This document shows positions 1 to 7,993 of a DNA stretch of 24,204 bases, in pieces (the stretch's first letter is position 1; each line of letters opens with the position of its first letter). Source of the stretch: Candidatus Fervidifonticultor quintus (lineage in GTDB: Bacteria; Sysuimicrobiota; Sysuimicrobiia; Sysuimicrobiales; Humicultoraceae); NCBI GenBank assembly GCA_031459535.1, contig JAVKIJ010000047.1, forward strand, positions 1 to 24,204. The letters run 5' to 3'. Position numbers and translations under genes: made by a program. The notes below the pieces were generated by a model. The model was not told the origin of the DNA, did not search any database, and worked only from the letters and a program-made list of their open reading frames with translations.

Positions 1-1
1 T

Positions 2-460
2 CAAGAAGTGCAGGAGATCTACGAGATCCGCATTCCGCTGGAGGCGACGGCCTTGCGCCTGGCCCTCCCGCGCCTCACGCAGCAAGATCTGGAGCGGGCG
101 GAAGCGATTCTGGAGGCGATCGACCGGGAGACCGAGGTGGCCAAGTGGAGCGGTCTCAACCGGGAGTTCCACACGATCCTGTACACACCGGCCGACCGTC
201 CCCGTCTGCTGGCCCTGATCAACACCCTGCGCACGAACGTCGAACGCTACCAGCGCATCTACATCTCGCTCATGCAGCACAAGGTGAACTCCCAACGGGA
301 GCATCGACAGATCCTCGAGGCGTGCAGGCGGCGCGACGTTGGGACGGCCGTGCAGGCGCTCGAGAGCCACTTGGGTCAGGCGGCCCAGGAGCTGGTCGCC
401 TACCTGCGTGATGGGCGTGATAGACGGCTCCGTACTGAGGCCAAACCCGCCTCCCGCTGA
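2..460 (+). CDS. GntR-family transcriptional regulator, FCD ligand-binding domain (5'-truncated by the window edge)
   Basis: Frame is open from base 2 to TGA at 458-460. 'EIYEIRIPLEATALRLA...NREFHTILY...N(T)LR...SQREHRQILEAC...LESHL' is the typical FCD pattern with conserved N/H/H/H residues. The HTH domain would lie upstream of the window. Confidence 0.9.
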   Translation, partial: QEVQEIYEIRIPLEATALRLALPRLTQQDLERAEAILEAIDRETEVAKWSGLNREFHTILYTPADRPRLLALINTLRTNVERYQRIYISLMQHKVNSQREHRQILEACRRRDVGTAVQALESHLGQAAQELVAYLRDGRDRRLRTEAKPASR

Positions 461-505
461 GCCGCGGCGGAAGGCCCAACCTGGGGGGCGATGCTGGAGC
501 GAGAG

Positions 506-1483
506 ATGAGCCGCTTCAAGGTCGTGGTCACCGACTATGTCTTCCCGTCGCTTGATATCGAGCGCGCGGTGCTCGGGGCAGTGGGCGCCGAGCTGGTACC
601 GATGCAGGTGGCCTCAGACGAGCCCCTGCTGGAGGCCGTGGGCGACGCCGATGCCCTGCTGGTGTGCTACGCGCCGGTTACCAGGCGCGTCATCGAACGG
701 GCAGGACGGTGCCGCATCATCGCCCGCTACGGCATCGGCGTCGACAATGTGGACATCGAGGCCGCCTCGGCGAGGGGCATCGTCGTGACCAATGTGCCCG
801 ACTACTGCGTCGAGGAAGTCAGCGACCATGCCCTGGCCCTGCTGCTGGCCTGCGCGCGTCGGGTAGCCTTTCTCGACCGCCGGGTGCGGGCAGGCCGGTG
901 GAGCGCCAAGGACGCCGTGCCTGCCTACCGCTTGCGGGGGCAGGTCCTGGGGCTCGTCGGCTTCGGAAAGATCCCGAGGGACCTGGCCGGCAAGGCCAGG
1001 GCCCTCGGGCTGACGGTCATCGCCTTCGACCCGTACGTGGACGCAGCCAGCATGGTCGCCCACGGGGTGGAGAAGGTCGAGTTCGCCGGCCTGTTGGCCC
1101 GCGCAGACTACGTCTCGATCCATTCCCCCCTCAATCCACAGACCCGGGGTCTGATTGGGGAGGCCGAACTGCGGGCTATGAAGCCAACGGCCTACCTGAT
1201 CAACACGGCCCGCGGTCCCATTGTGAACGAGGCGGCTCTCACAAGAGCCCTGCGGGAACGATGGATCGCCGGTGCCGCGCTCGACGTCCTGGACACGGAA
1301 CCCCCTGCCTCCGACCATCCGTTGCTGGCCCTGGACAACGTGATCCTCACCCCGCACGTCGCATTCTATTCCGAAGAGTCGCTCCAGGAGCTGCAGCGGA
1401 AGGCGTCCGAAGAGGTGGCGAGGGTGCTGGCGGGCCAGCTTCCCAGATATCCCGTTAATACACCCCGGCCGGCAACACCATGA
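506..1483 (+). CDS. D-isomer-specific 2-hydroxyacid dehydrogenase (SerA/CtBP-like subgroup)
   Basis: Motifs RYGIGVDNVD, TNVPDYC, GFGKIP (Rossmann fold), INTARG (Arg), DVLDTEP (Glu), TPHVA (His). GGAG at 496-499 favours ATG 506; ATG 491 is an alternative start. Confidence 0.9.
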   Translation: MSRFKVVVTDYVFPSLDIERAVLGAVGAELVPMQVASDEPLLEAVGDADALLVCYAPVTRRVIERAGRCRIIARYGIGVDNVDIEAASARGIVVTNVPDYCVEEVSDHALALLLACARRVAFLDRRVRAGRWSAKDAVPAYRLRGQVLGLVGFGKIPRDLAGKARALGLTVIAFDPYVDAASMVAHGVEKVEFAGLLARADYVSIHSPLNPQTRGLIGEAELRAMKPTAYLINTARGPIVNEAALTRALRERWIAGAALDVLDTEPPASDHPLLALDNVILTPHVAFYSEESLQELQRKASEEVARVLAGQLPRYPVNTPRPATP

Positions 1484-1502
1484 CAGCGCAAGGAGGGATG
1501 CG

Positions 1503-2732
1503 ATGAGCACGCCGTATTTCACCGATAAGTGGTTCACCAGCCTCCACAACTACGCCGACGAAGTACGGGCGCAGCTCAAGTTCGCCAAGCAGATCCAGTT
1601 CCACGACGTCACGCTGCGGGACGGCGAGCAGCAGGCCGGCGTGGTGTTCACCAAAGACGACAAGATCCGCATCGCCGAGAAACTGGCCGAGGTTGGCGTG
1701 CACCGCATCGAGGCCGGCATGGCCACCGTCTCCAAGGCCGACGAAGAGGCCATTAAGGAGATCGTCCGGCGGAAGCTCGGCCCGAAGATCTTCGCGTTCT
1801 CCCGCTGCATGAAGTCGGACATCCAGCGGGCGGTGGACTGCGGCGTGGAAGGCGTGGTCGTGGAGATACCCAGCAGCGAGCACATCATCGAGCTGGGGTA
1901 CGAGTGGCCCATGCAGAAGGCGATCGACCTCTCCGTGGAGGCGACCCGGTTTGCCAAGGAGCAGGGGCTGTACGTGGTGTTCTTCACTATCGACGCGACT
2001 CGAGCCGACCCCGCGTGGTTCCTGAACCTGATCGAGCACGTGGCGACCCACGGGCACATGGACGCGCTGGTGCTCGTTGATACGTTCGGCGGCGCGTCTC
2101 CGCACGCCATTACCCACTTCACCAGGATGGTCCAGGCGAAGATCCAGAAGCCCCTGGAGGCCCACTTCCACGACGACTTCGGGATGGCCGTGGCCAACAC
2201 GATCATGGCCCTCTCTCTGGGCGTCGAGGTCGCCCATGTCACGGTGTCGTCTCTGGGCGAACGGGCCGGGAACTGCGCGCTGGAGGACCTGGCGCTGGCG
2301 TTGCTCACCTTGTACGGCATCGACACCGGGTTGCGATACGACAAGCTCTATGACCTGTCCAAGCTGGTGCGCCAGTTGGCCAACTTCCCGCTGCCGCCGA
2401 ACCGGCCCATCGTGGGCGACATGCTCTACAAAGTCGAGTCGGGCATCATCGCCACCTGGCTCGCGCGCCTCAAGGAGAAGCGCCCCGTGGAACTGTTTCC
2501 GTTTCACTGGGCGCTCGTCGGGCAGGAGCCGGCCGAGATCGTGCTGGGCAAGGGCAGCGGACGCGATTCCATGCTCTACTACCTGGCGGCCCTCGGCTTT
2601 CGCGTTGACCCGTCCGATCCACGGGTGGACAGGCTCCTGGTCCAAGTCAAGGAGCTGTCGCTGGCCAAGAAGAGCCTGTTGAGCGTAGAGGAGTTCCGGG
2701 TCCTGGCCAACGCCGCGTTCGCCGCGGCCTAG
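1503..2732 (+). CDS. DRE-TIM metallolyase, LeuA/homocitrate-synthase-like, without the Leu regulatory domain; catalytic residues diverged
   Basis: DVTLRDGEQQAG, IEAG, DTFG, HFHDDFGMAVAN (metal HxH), GERAGN, GKGSG. 409 aa. Strong SD AAGGAGGG just upstream. Confidence 0.85.
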   Translation: MSTPYFTDKWFTSLHNYADEVRAQLKFAKQIQFHDVTLRDGEQQAGVVFTKDDKIRIAEKLAEVGVHRIEAGMATVSKADEEAIKEIVRRKLGPKIFAFSRCMKSDIQRAVDCGVEGVVVEIPSSEHIIELGYEWPMQKAIDLSVEATRFAKEQGLYVVFFTIDATRADPAWFLNLIEHVATHGHMDALVLVDTFGGASPHAITHFTRMVQAKIQKPLEAHFHDDFGMAVANTIMALSLGVEVAHVTVSSLGERAGNCALEDLALALLTLYGIDTGLRYDKLYDLSKLVRQLANFPLPPNRPIVGDMLYKVESGIIATWLARLKEKRPVELFPFHWALVGQEPAEIVLGKGSGRDSMLYYLAALGFRVDPSDPRVDRLLVQVKELSLAKKSLLSVEEFRVLANAAFAAA

Positions 2733-2755
2733 CCCGGACCGCGCCGAACCCCGGG

Positions 2756-3826
2756 GTGCCGACCATGCCTGCACACCCATCGAGGGAGGTAGGAGCGAGG
2801 GCAGCCAGCCACATCGGCCTGGTCGTCGATGTACACAGCCACTTCTTCCCCCGCGAGTTTCTCCGCGCCGTTCGGGATCACGGGCCGCCGTATCACGCTT
2901 CCGTGGAACGGCAGGGGGCAGTGGACGTGCTCACCATGCCCGGCCATCCACCGGTGCCGCTCGACCCACAGTTCGTGGACGTGGAGGCCAGGCTGGAGAG
3001 GCTGGAGACCATGGGGATTACCGTGCAGGTACTCTCCCTCTCGCCGCCCATGGTGTACTGGGCGCCGCCCAGAGTCGGCGCGGACCTGGCACGGGCGTTC
3101 AACGACGGCATCGCCGAGATCTCCCGCTCGTACCCCGAGCGATTCGTCGGCGCTGCCACGCTTCCGTTGCAGGACGTACGGGCCGCGGTGGCAGAGGCGG
3201 AGCGGGCTGTCCGGGACCTGGGGATGCGCGGGCTCTATGTGGGGACCAGCGTCAACGGCCAGTATCTCGACGAACCTCAGTTCCGGCCTATCTGGGAGCT
3301 GGCGACCGCCCTGGACGTACCCGTGTTCACCCACCCTCAGACGCACGTGGGTGCAGACGTCCTCGGCCGGTTCCACCTGTTCAACAGCATCGGGTTCCCG
3401 GTCGAGACCGCCACCATGGCTGCCCGGCTCATCTACTCCGGGCTGTTCGAGGCCCATCCGAATCTGCGCGTGGTTCTCGCCCATGGTGGCGGCGTGTTTC
3501 CGCTGCTGCTGGGGCGCCTCGACCACGCCCACCGCCAGCGTGCCGAGTGCCGCAGGACTATTCCGCGGCCCCCTTCGGCGTACGTGCGGCACTTCTACTA
3601 CGACACGGTCACGCATGGCGACCAGGTGCTGCGGTTTCTGGTGGAGACCGTGGGGGCGTCACGGGTGGTCCTGGGAAGCGACGCACCCTATGACATGGCC
3701 GAGGCCGATCCCGTGGGGAGAGTCCGACGGTTGGGAGGGGACGACGCGGTCACGGAGGCGATCCTGGGAGCGACCGCTGGACACCTGCTGGGCATGCGCG
3801 CACACGGAGGTGTACGCCGCACCTAG
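2756..3826 (+). CDS. Amidohydrolase_2-family protein, ACMSD-like (decarboxylase/hydratase type)
   Basis: VVDVHSH (HxH), QVLSLSPP, FNDGIAE, ATLPLQD, FTHP, AHGGG, LGRLD, FYYDT, GSDAPY. The start codon is uncertain (GTG 2756, ATG 2765 or further downstream). Confidence 0.88.
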   Translation: MPTMPAHPSREVGARAASHIGLVVDVHSHFFPREFLRAVRDHGPPYHASVERQGAVDVLTMPGHPPVPLDPQFVDVEARLERLETMGITVQVLSLSPPMVYWAPPRVGADLARAFNDGIAEISRSYPERFVGAATLPLQDVRAAVAEAERAVRDLGMRGLYVGTSVNGQYLDEPQFRPIWELATALDVPVFTHPQTHVGADVLGRFHLFNSIGFPVETATMAARLIYSGLFEAHPNLRVVLAHGGGVFPLLLGRLDHAHRQRAECRRTIPRPPSAYVRHFYYDTVTHGDQVLRFLVETVGASRVVLGSDAPYDMAEADPVGRVRRLGGDDAVTEAILGATAGHLLGMRAHGGVRRT

Positions 3827-3869
3827 CGTGTCCTTCTTGAAGTGGCATATCGTCGGAAGGAGGCGACCG

Positions 3870-5129
3870 ATGGCACGACACGAGTTCTTGCAGGGATACC
3901 ACGAATACCAGCCTCGCCGGGTGTTCAGCACCACGGCGACCGACTGGCAGGCGCGCGTGGACTTTGCCAGGATGCGGGCCGACAGGCTGCAGCGCGCCAG
4001 GGAGCAGATGGACCGGTTCGACCTGAGCGGCCTGGTGCTCTTCGCCGGCGAGAACGTGCGCTACGTCACCGGCGTCTTCCAGGGCAACTGGAAGAACAAC
4101 ATCTTCATCCGGTACTGCGTGCTCCCCCGCGGAGGTCGCCCGGTGCTCTTCGAGACCGTGGGATCGGACATGGTGTGCGCCCAAATCGACGCGCCCTGGC
4201 TCGAAGCCGAGGTCCGGCCCGCCATGACCTGGAAGTGGGCCGAGGGCGCGGAGCCCGAGATGGCCGGTCGCATGGCACAGAGCGTGTTCGACGTCCTCAA
4301 GCAGAACGGCGTCCACACCGGACGCATCGGTATCGACGTGATGGACATGATGGCCTATCAGGCGCTCACCGGGCTGGGGCTCAACATCGTCAACGCCTGG
4401 CCGGCCATGTCCGCTGCCCGGGTGATCAAGACCCCGGACGAGCTGGAGTGCTTGAAGATCTCTGCGGCCCATGGTGACGCCGCCATGTGGATGGCCATGC
4501 ACGAGTGGGCCAAGCCGGGGGTGCGCGAGTCTGAGGTGTGCGCCAGGGTCAATGAGTACCTGTATCGCAGCGGGTTCGACTTCGTCTACGACATCATCGT
4601 CGCCAGTGGAGGGAACACGAGCCCCTATCGGCGCTGGCACACCGACAAGGTGATCCGTCAGGGCGACCTCATGATCGTGGACATCAACGCCATCGGGCCA
4701 GGGGGGTACTTCATCGATTTCGTCCGGTGCTGGAAGGTCGCCGCCAAACCCACGGCCAAGGAGAAGGACCTCTACAAGCGGTGCTACGACTCTCTCTATG
4801 CCGGCATCGACGCCATGAAGCCCGGTGCCACCACGGCCGACGTGGCGGCCAAGTTCCCCGAGTACGACGACGACAAGTACGGAAGCGTCAGCCTCCAGCA
4901 GTTCGCCCACAGTATCGGCCTGTCGCTGTACGAGGGCATGTGGGTCTCGCGGGCGTATTCGTTCAAGCACCCCGCCGAGATCAAACAGAACATGTACTTC
5001 GCCATTGAGACGTTCAGCGGCTTCCCCGGGCTGGAGCAGACGGTCAGGCTCGAGGAGAACATCTGCATCACCGACAAGGGCGCGGAGCGGTTCACGCTGT
5101 GCGAGCATCCCGACTACTGGTGGGAGTAG
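3870..5129 (+). CDS. M24 (pita-bread fold) family protein with creatinase-type N-domain, probably non-peptidase/DddP-like; copy 1
   Basis: SD AAGGAGG at 3857-3863 before ATG 3870. Motifs ENVRYVTG, ARVIKTPDELE, KPGVRESEV; metal ligands in VDIN..GYFIDFVR, AHSIGL, AIETF, VRLEEN. Ends with tandem TAG TAG. Confidence 0.88.
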   Translation: MARHEFLQGYHEYQPRRVFSTTATDWQARVDFARMRADRLQRAREQMDRFDLSGLVLFAGENVRYVTGVFQGNWKNNIFIRYCVLPRGGRPVLFETVGSDMVCAQIDAPWLEAEVRPAMTWKWAEGAEPEMAGRMAQSVFDVLKQNGVHTGRIGIDVMDMMAYQALTGLGLNIVNAWPAMSAARVIKTPDELECLKISAAHGDAAMWMAMHEWAKPGVRESEVCARVNEYLYRSGFDFVYDIIVASGGNTSPYRRWHTDKVIRQGDLMIVDINAIGPGGYFIDFVRCWKVAAKPTAKEKDLYKRCYDSLYAGIDAMKPGATTADVAAKFPEYDDDKYGSVSLQQFAHSIGLSLYEGMWVSRAYSFKHPAEIKQNMYFAIETFSGFPGLEQTVRLEENICITDKGAERFTLCEHPDYWWE

Positions 5130-5153
5130 TAGGACCGGGAGGAGTGGGCTGAG

Positions 5154-5606
5154 ATGAGGCTGCCGGATCGGGCTGCCGGGCTGGTCTTCGGGCTGTTCGG
5201 GCTGTTCGTTGCGGCCAGCGCGGTCAGGCTTGGTCTGGGCAAGTGGCTGAGTCCTGGCCCGGGGTTCTTCCCCTTCGGGGTCGGGCTCGCCACCTTGGTG
5301 CTGGGCGTAGCCCTCGCCCTGCCCGCGGCCAGGGGTGGGGCTGGCAGGGGTACCGCAGCCCGTTCCGGAGCAGGCGCGGTCAAGACAGCCGGGGCCATCG
5401 CGGTGCTTGCAGCCTACGCCCTGCTCCTGGAACGGCTCGGCTTTGCGCCAACCACCTTCCTGTTCATTGTGGCGTGGGTGGGCGGCTTGGAGCGCACCCG
5501 CTGGAAGGGGACCGTTTCCCTGGCCGCGGCGGTCACGGCAGCGATGTACGCGATCTTCGTGAGGTGGCTGCAGGTGCCGTTGCCGTCCGGCGTGCTGGGG
5601 AGGTAG
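5154..5606 (+). CDS. tctB: Tripartite tricarboxylate transporter small membrane subunit TctB
   Basis: 150 aa, about 4 hydrophobic segments, PGPGFFP motif, LLERLGF, C-terminal 'F..WLQVPLPSG'; lies directly upstream of tctA. Confidence 0.9.
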   Translation: MRLPDRAAGLVFGLFGLFVAASAVRLGLGKWLSPGPGFFPFGVGLATLVLGVALALPAARGGAGRGTAARSGAGAVKTAGAIAVLAAYALLLERLGFAPTTFLFIVAWVGGLERTRWKGTVSLAAAVTAAMYAIFVRWLQVPLPSGVLGR

Positions 5607-5636
5607 CGGGGCGGAGCGAGGCGACGGGGCCGACGG

Positions 5637-6722
5637 ATGATCGAGGGTCTCGCGAGCGGCTTTCTGGTGGCTCTTCGGCCGGCGAATCTCTTCTTCGCCG
5701 TCGTTGGGGTCGTGCTCGGGACCATCGTGGGCGTCCTGCCCGGCATCGGCCCCCCCACCACGGTGGCGCTGCTGCTGCCGCTCACGTACGGTGTGGACCT
5801 GACCGGCGCCATCATCATGCTGGCGGGCATCTTCTACGGCGCCATGTACGGAGGCTCCACGACGTCCATCCTGGTCAACCTGCCCGGCGAGGCTGCCTCA
5901 GTGGTCACCACCTTCGACGGCTACCAGATGGCCAAGCAGGGCCGGGGCGGAGCCGCGCTGGCCATCGCCGCCGTGGGGTCGTTCGTGGCCGGAACGGTGG
6001 GTGTCGTGGGGCTGACCTTCCTGAGCCCGCCTCTGGCAGAGGTGGCGCTGCGCTTCGGTCCACCCGAGTACCTGGGCCTCACCTTGCTGGGGCTCACCCT
6101 GGTGGCCTACCTCGCCGCCGGTTCCATGCTGAGAGGCCTCCTGATGGCCGGGGGAGCGCTGCTGCCCATGCTGGCCCTGGGGATTCCGGCTACCGCCGTC
6201 TCCGCCATGTTCATGGCGGCGCTCAACCTGAAGGGCATCAGGGTCGGGCCGCTGATCAACCACGATCATCCCGGCCTCCTGTATCTGATCTACGGCCTGC
6301 TCATTGTGTCCAACATCATCATGTACGTGTCTGCCCTACTGCTCATCAGACCCGCGGCGCGGATCTTCTCGCTCCCCAGGGAGTTGCTCATGCCCATCAT
6401 CTCCGTGGTGTGCGTGGTGGGGGCGTACGAGGTCGGCCTGTCCATGTTCGACGTGGGCATCATGTACCTCGTCGGCATCGTGGGGTATGTGCTGCTCCGC
6501 CTGGGCTTTCCGCTCGCGCCGGCCGTCCTCGGCGCGATCCTAGGGCCCATCGTCGATGAGAACCTCCGTCGCACCCTGATGGTCTATGAGGGCCGGAGTG
6601 TGCTGGAGCTGGTCGGCCGTCCCCTTGGACTACTCATCATGGTCATTGTGGTGCTCACACTGTGGGAGGGGGTGACGCGCGCCAGGCGGGCGCCGGCCCT
6701 GCGCAAGGCGCTGGCAGGCTAG
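5637..6722 (+). CDS. tctA: TctA permease with a large in-frame internal deletion (361 aa); possibly a pseudogene or chimera
   Basis: The N-half has GVLPGIGP, YGAMYGGSTTSILVNLPGE, DGYQMAKQG and FGPPEY. The C-half has GALLPMLALGIP, GIRVGP, PLAPAVLGAILGPIVDENLRR. The central TctA motifs are absent. Confidence 0.85.
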   Translation: MIEGLASGFLVALRPANLFFAVVGVVLGTIVGVLPGIGPPTTVALLLPLTYGVDLTGAIIMLAGIFYGAMYGGSTTSILVNLPGEAASVVTTFDGYQMAKQGRGGAALAIAAVGSFVAGTVGVVGLTFLSPPLAEVALRFGPPEYLGLTLLGLTLVAYLAAGSMLRGLLMAGGALLPMLALGIPATAVSAMFMAALNLKGIRVGPLINHDHPGLLYLIYGLLIVSNIIMYVSALLLIRPAARIFSLPRELLMPIISVVCVVGAYEVGLSMFDVGIMYLVGIVGYVLLRLGFPLAPAVLGAILGPIVDENLRRTLMVYEGRSVLELVGRPLGLLIMVIVVLTLWEGVTRARRAPALRKALAG

Positions 6723-6783
6723 CCCGCGGGGGCGCGACCTGTGGATACGACGCGGTGAGCATGCCGGAGAGGTGGTGGAGCCC

Positions 6784-7119
6784 ATGCGGTTCTTCAGCTT
6801 CGACGAGCTGGAGGCGGAATACGTGACGCCAAAGTACTCGAAGGCGTTCGGGCCACTGGTCACCGGTGGCAGCATCGAGGTCGGGAGGCTCCGCTTCGGG
6901 GCCGGGGAGGGCGCGGTGCCGCACGCCCACCCCCAGGAGCAAATCATGGTGGTCCTCAGAGGCCGCCTGAGGGCCACGGTGGCCGATGAAACCCGCGAAC
7001 TGGGACCCGGCGAGGGATTCCTCGCGTCCCCCAACGTCCTGCATCAGGTGACGGCTCTTGAGGACACCGAGGTGCTGAGCTGCAAGGCCCTCGTGGACGG
7101 ACGCGGTCACCGCATCTGA
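6784..7119 (+). CDS. Cupin-domain protein (Cupin_2 type, metal-binding)
   Basis: PHAHPQEQ (HxHxxE) and 'GPGEGFLASPNVLH' (second cupin motif). Alternative GTG starts at 6772 and 6775. Confidence 0.85.
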   Translation: MRFFSFDELEAEYVTPKYSKAFGPLVTGGSIEVGRLRFGAGEGAVPHAHPQEQIMVVLRGRLRATVADETRELGPGEGFLASPNVLHQVTALEDTEVLSCKALVDGRGHRI

Positions 7120-7123
7120 CCCC

Positions 7124-7978
7124 ATGGAATTCTGGGTCGTCCAGGCGCTGAACGGGCTCTCCTTCGGGGCGCTGCTGTTCCTGCTGGCCAGCGGCCTCTC
7201 GCTGATCTTCGGGCTCATGCGCATCGTCAACATCTCCCACGGCTCCTATTACCTGCTCGGGGCCTATGTAGGGCTCTCGGTGATGAAGGCGACCGGCAGG
7301 TTCCTGCTCGCGTGCCTGGCGGGTGCCGCGGCCGTGGCGGTGGTCGGCATAGTGATGCAGCGCGTCTTCCTGGCGCGCATGTACCGGGAGGAGCAACGGC
7401 AGGTGCTGCTCACCATGGGGTTCGCCTTTGTGTTTGCCGACGCCGCCCTGTGGTTGTGGGGCGGGGATCCCCAGCGGCTCCCCACCCCGGCCGTGCTGTC
7501 GGGGTACCTGCCCCTGGGCCCGGCGACGTTCCCCATCTACCGCCTGGCGGTCGTCGCGACCGGGGCCGTGGTGGCCGTCGTCCTCTGGTTCTTCCAGGAG
7601 CGCACGCGCCTGGGCGCGGTGGTGCGCGCGGCGGTTGACGACGAAGAGATGGCACGGGGACTGGGGATCCACGTCCGTCGCGTGCTCACCGCCGTGTTCG
7701 CCGCGGGTGCCGCGCTGGCCGCGTTCGGCGGGGTCATGGGCGGGCCGTTCCTGGGCGTCTACCCCGGGGCGGACTCAGAGGTCCTGCCCCTGGCATTCGC
7801 CGTGGTGATCATCGGAGGGCTGGGCAGCCTCCAGGGCGCCCTGGTGGGCAGCCTGCTGGTCGGTCTGGTGGACAACTTCGGCAAAGCCCTGTTCCCGGAA
7901 CTCTCTTACTTCACGCTCTTTGTCCCCATGGCCGTGGTCCTCGCCATACGGCCCACCGGGCTGTTCGGACGACGATAG
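7124..7978 (+). CDS. livH: Branched-chain amino acid (HAAT)-type ABC transporter permease, LivH-like
   Basis: QALNGLSFG..LFLLASGLSLIFGLMRIVNISHG, RTRLGAVVRA...A..LGI, VVIIGGLGSL, RPTGLFG. The symbol marks family only, not substrate. Confidence 0.92.
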   Translation: MEFWVVQALNGLSFGALLFLLASGLSLIFGLMRIVNISHGSYYLLGAYVGLSVMKATGRFLLACLAGAAAVAVVGIVMQRVFLARMYREEQRQVLLTMGFAFVFADAALWLWGGDPQRLPTPAVLSGYLPLGPATFPIYRLAVVATGAVVAVVLWFFQERTRLGAVVRAAVDDEEMARGLGIHVRRVLTAVFAAGAALAAFGGVMGGPFLGVYPGADSEVLPLAFAVVIIGGLGSLQGALVGSLLVGLVDNFGKALFPELSYFTLFVPMAVVLAIRPTGLFGRR

Positions 7979-7993
7979 GGGGGTGGCGGCCGC

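Noticed and set aside
506-2732. Housekeeping serA and leuA amino-acid biosynthesis genes
   Set aside because: There is no ACT or Leu-regulatory domain, no leuBCD or serC neighbours, the catalytic residues are altered, and the context is catabolic.
2829-3869. N-terminal extension of the 766-aa ORF (2829-5129), suggesting a fusion or frameshift with the amidohydrolase
   Set aside because: The extension is W/P/R/S-rich off-frame shadow of the amidohydrolase gene. The M24 gene has its own strong SD and ATG at 3870, and the amidohydrolase is complete in its own frame.
3870-7119. DMSP catabolism (DddP-like M24 plus a cupin as DddK/DddW)
   Set aside because: The resemblance is fold-level only. There are no acrylate-processing or BCCT/betaine transporter genes, and the other enzymes point to C-N chemistry.
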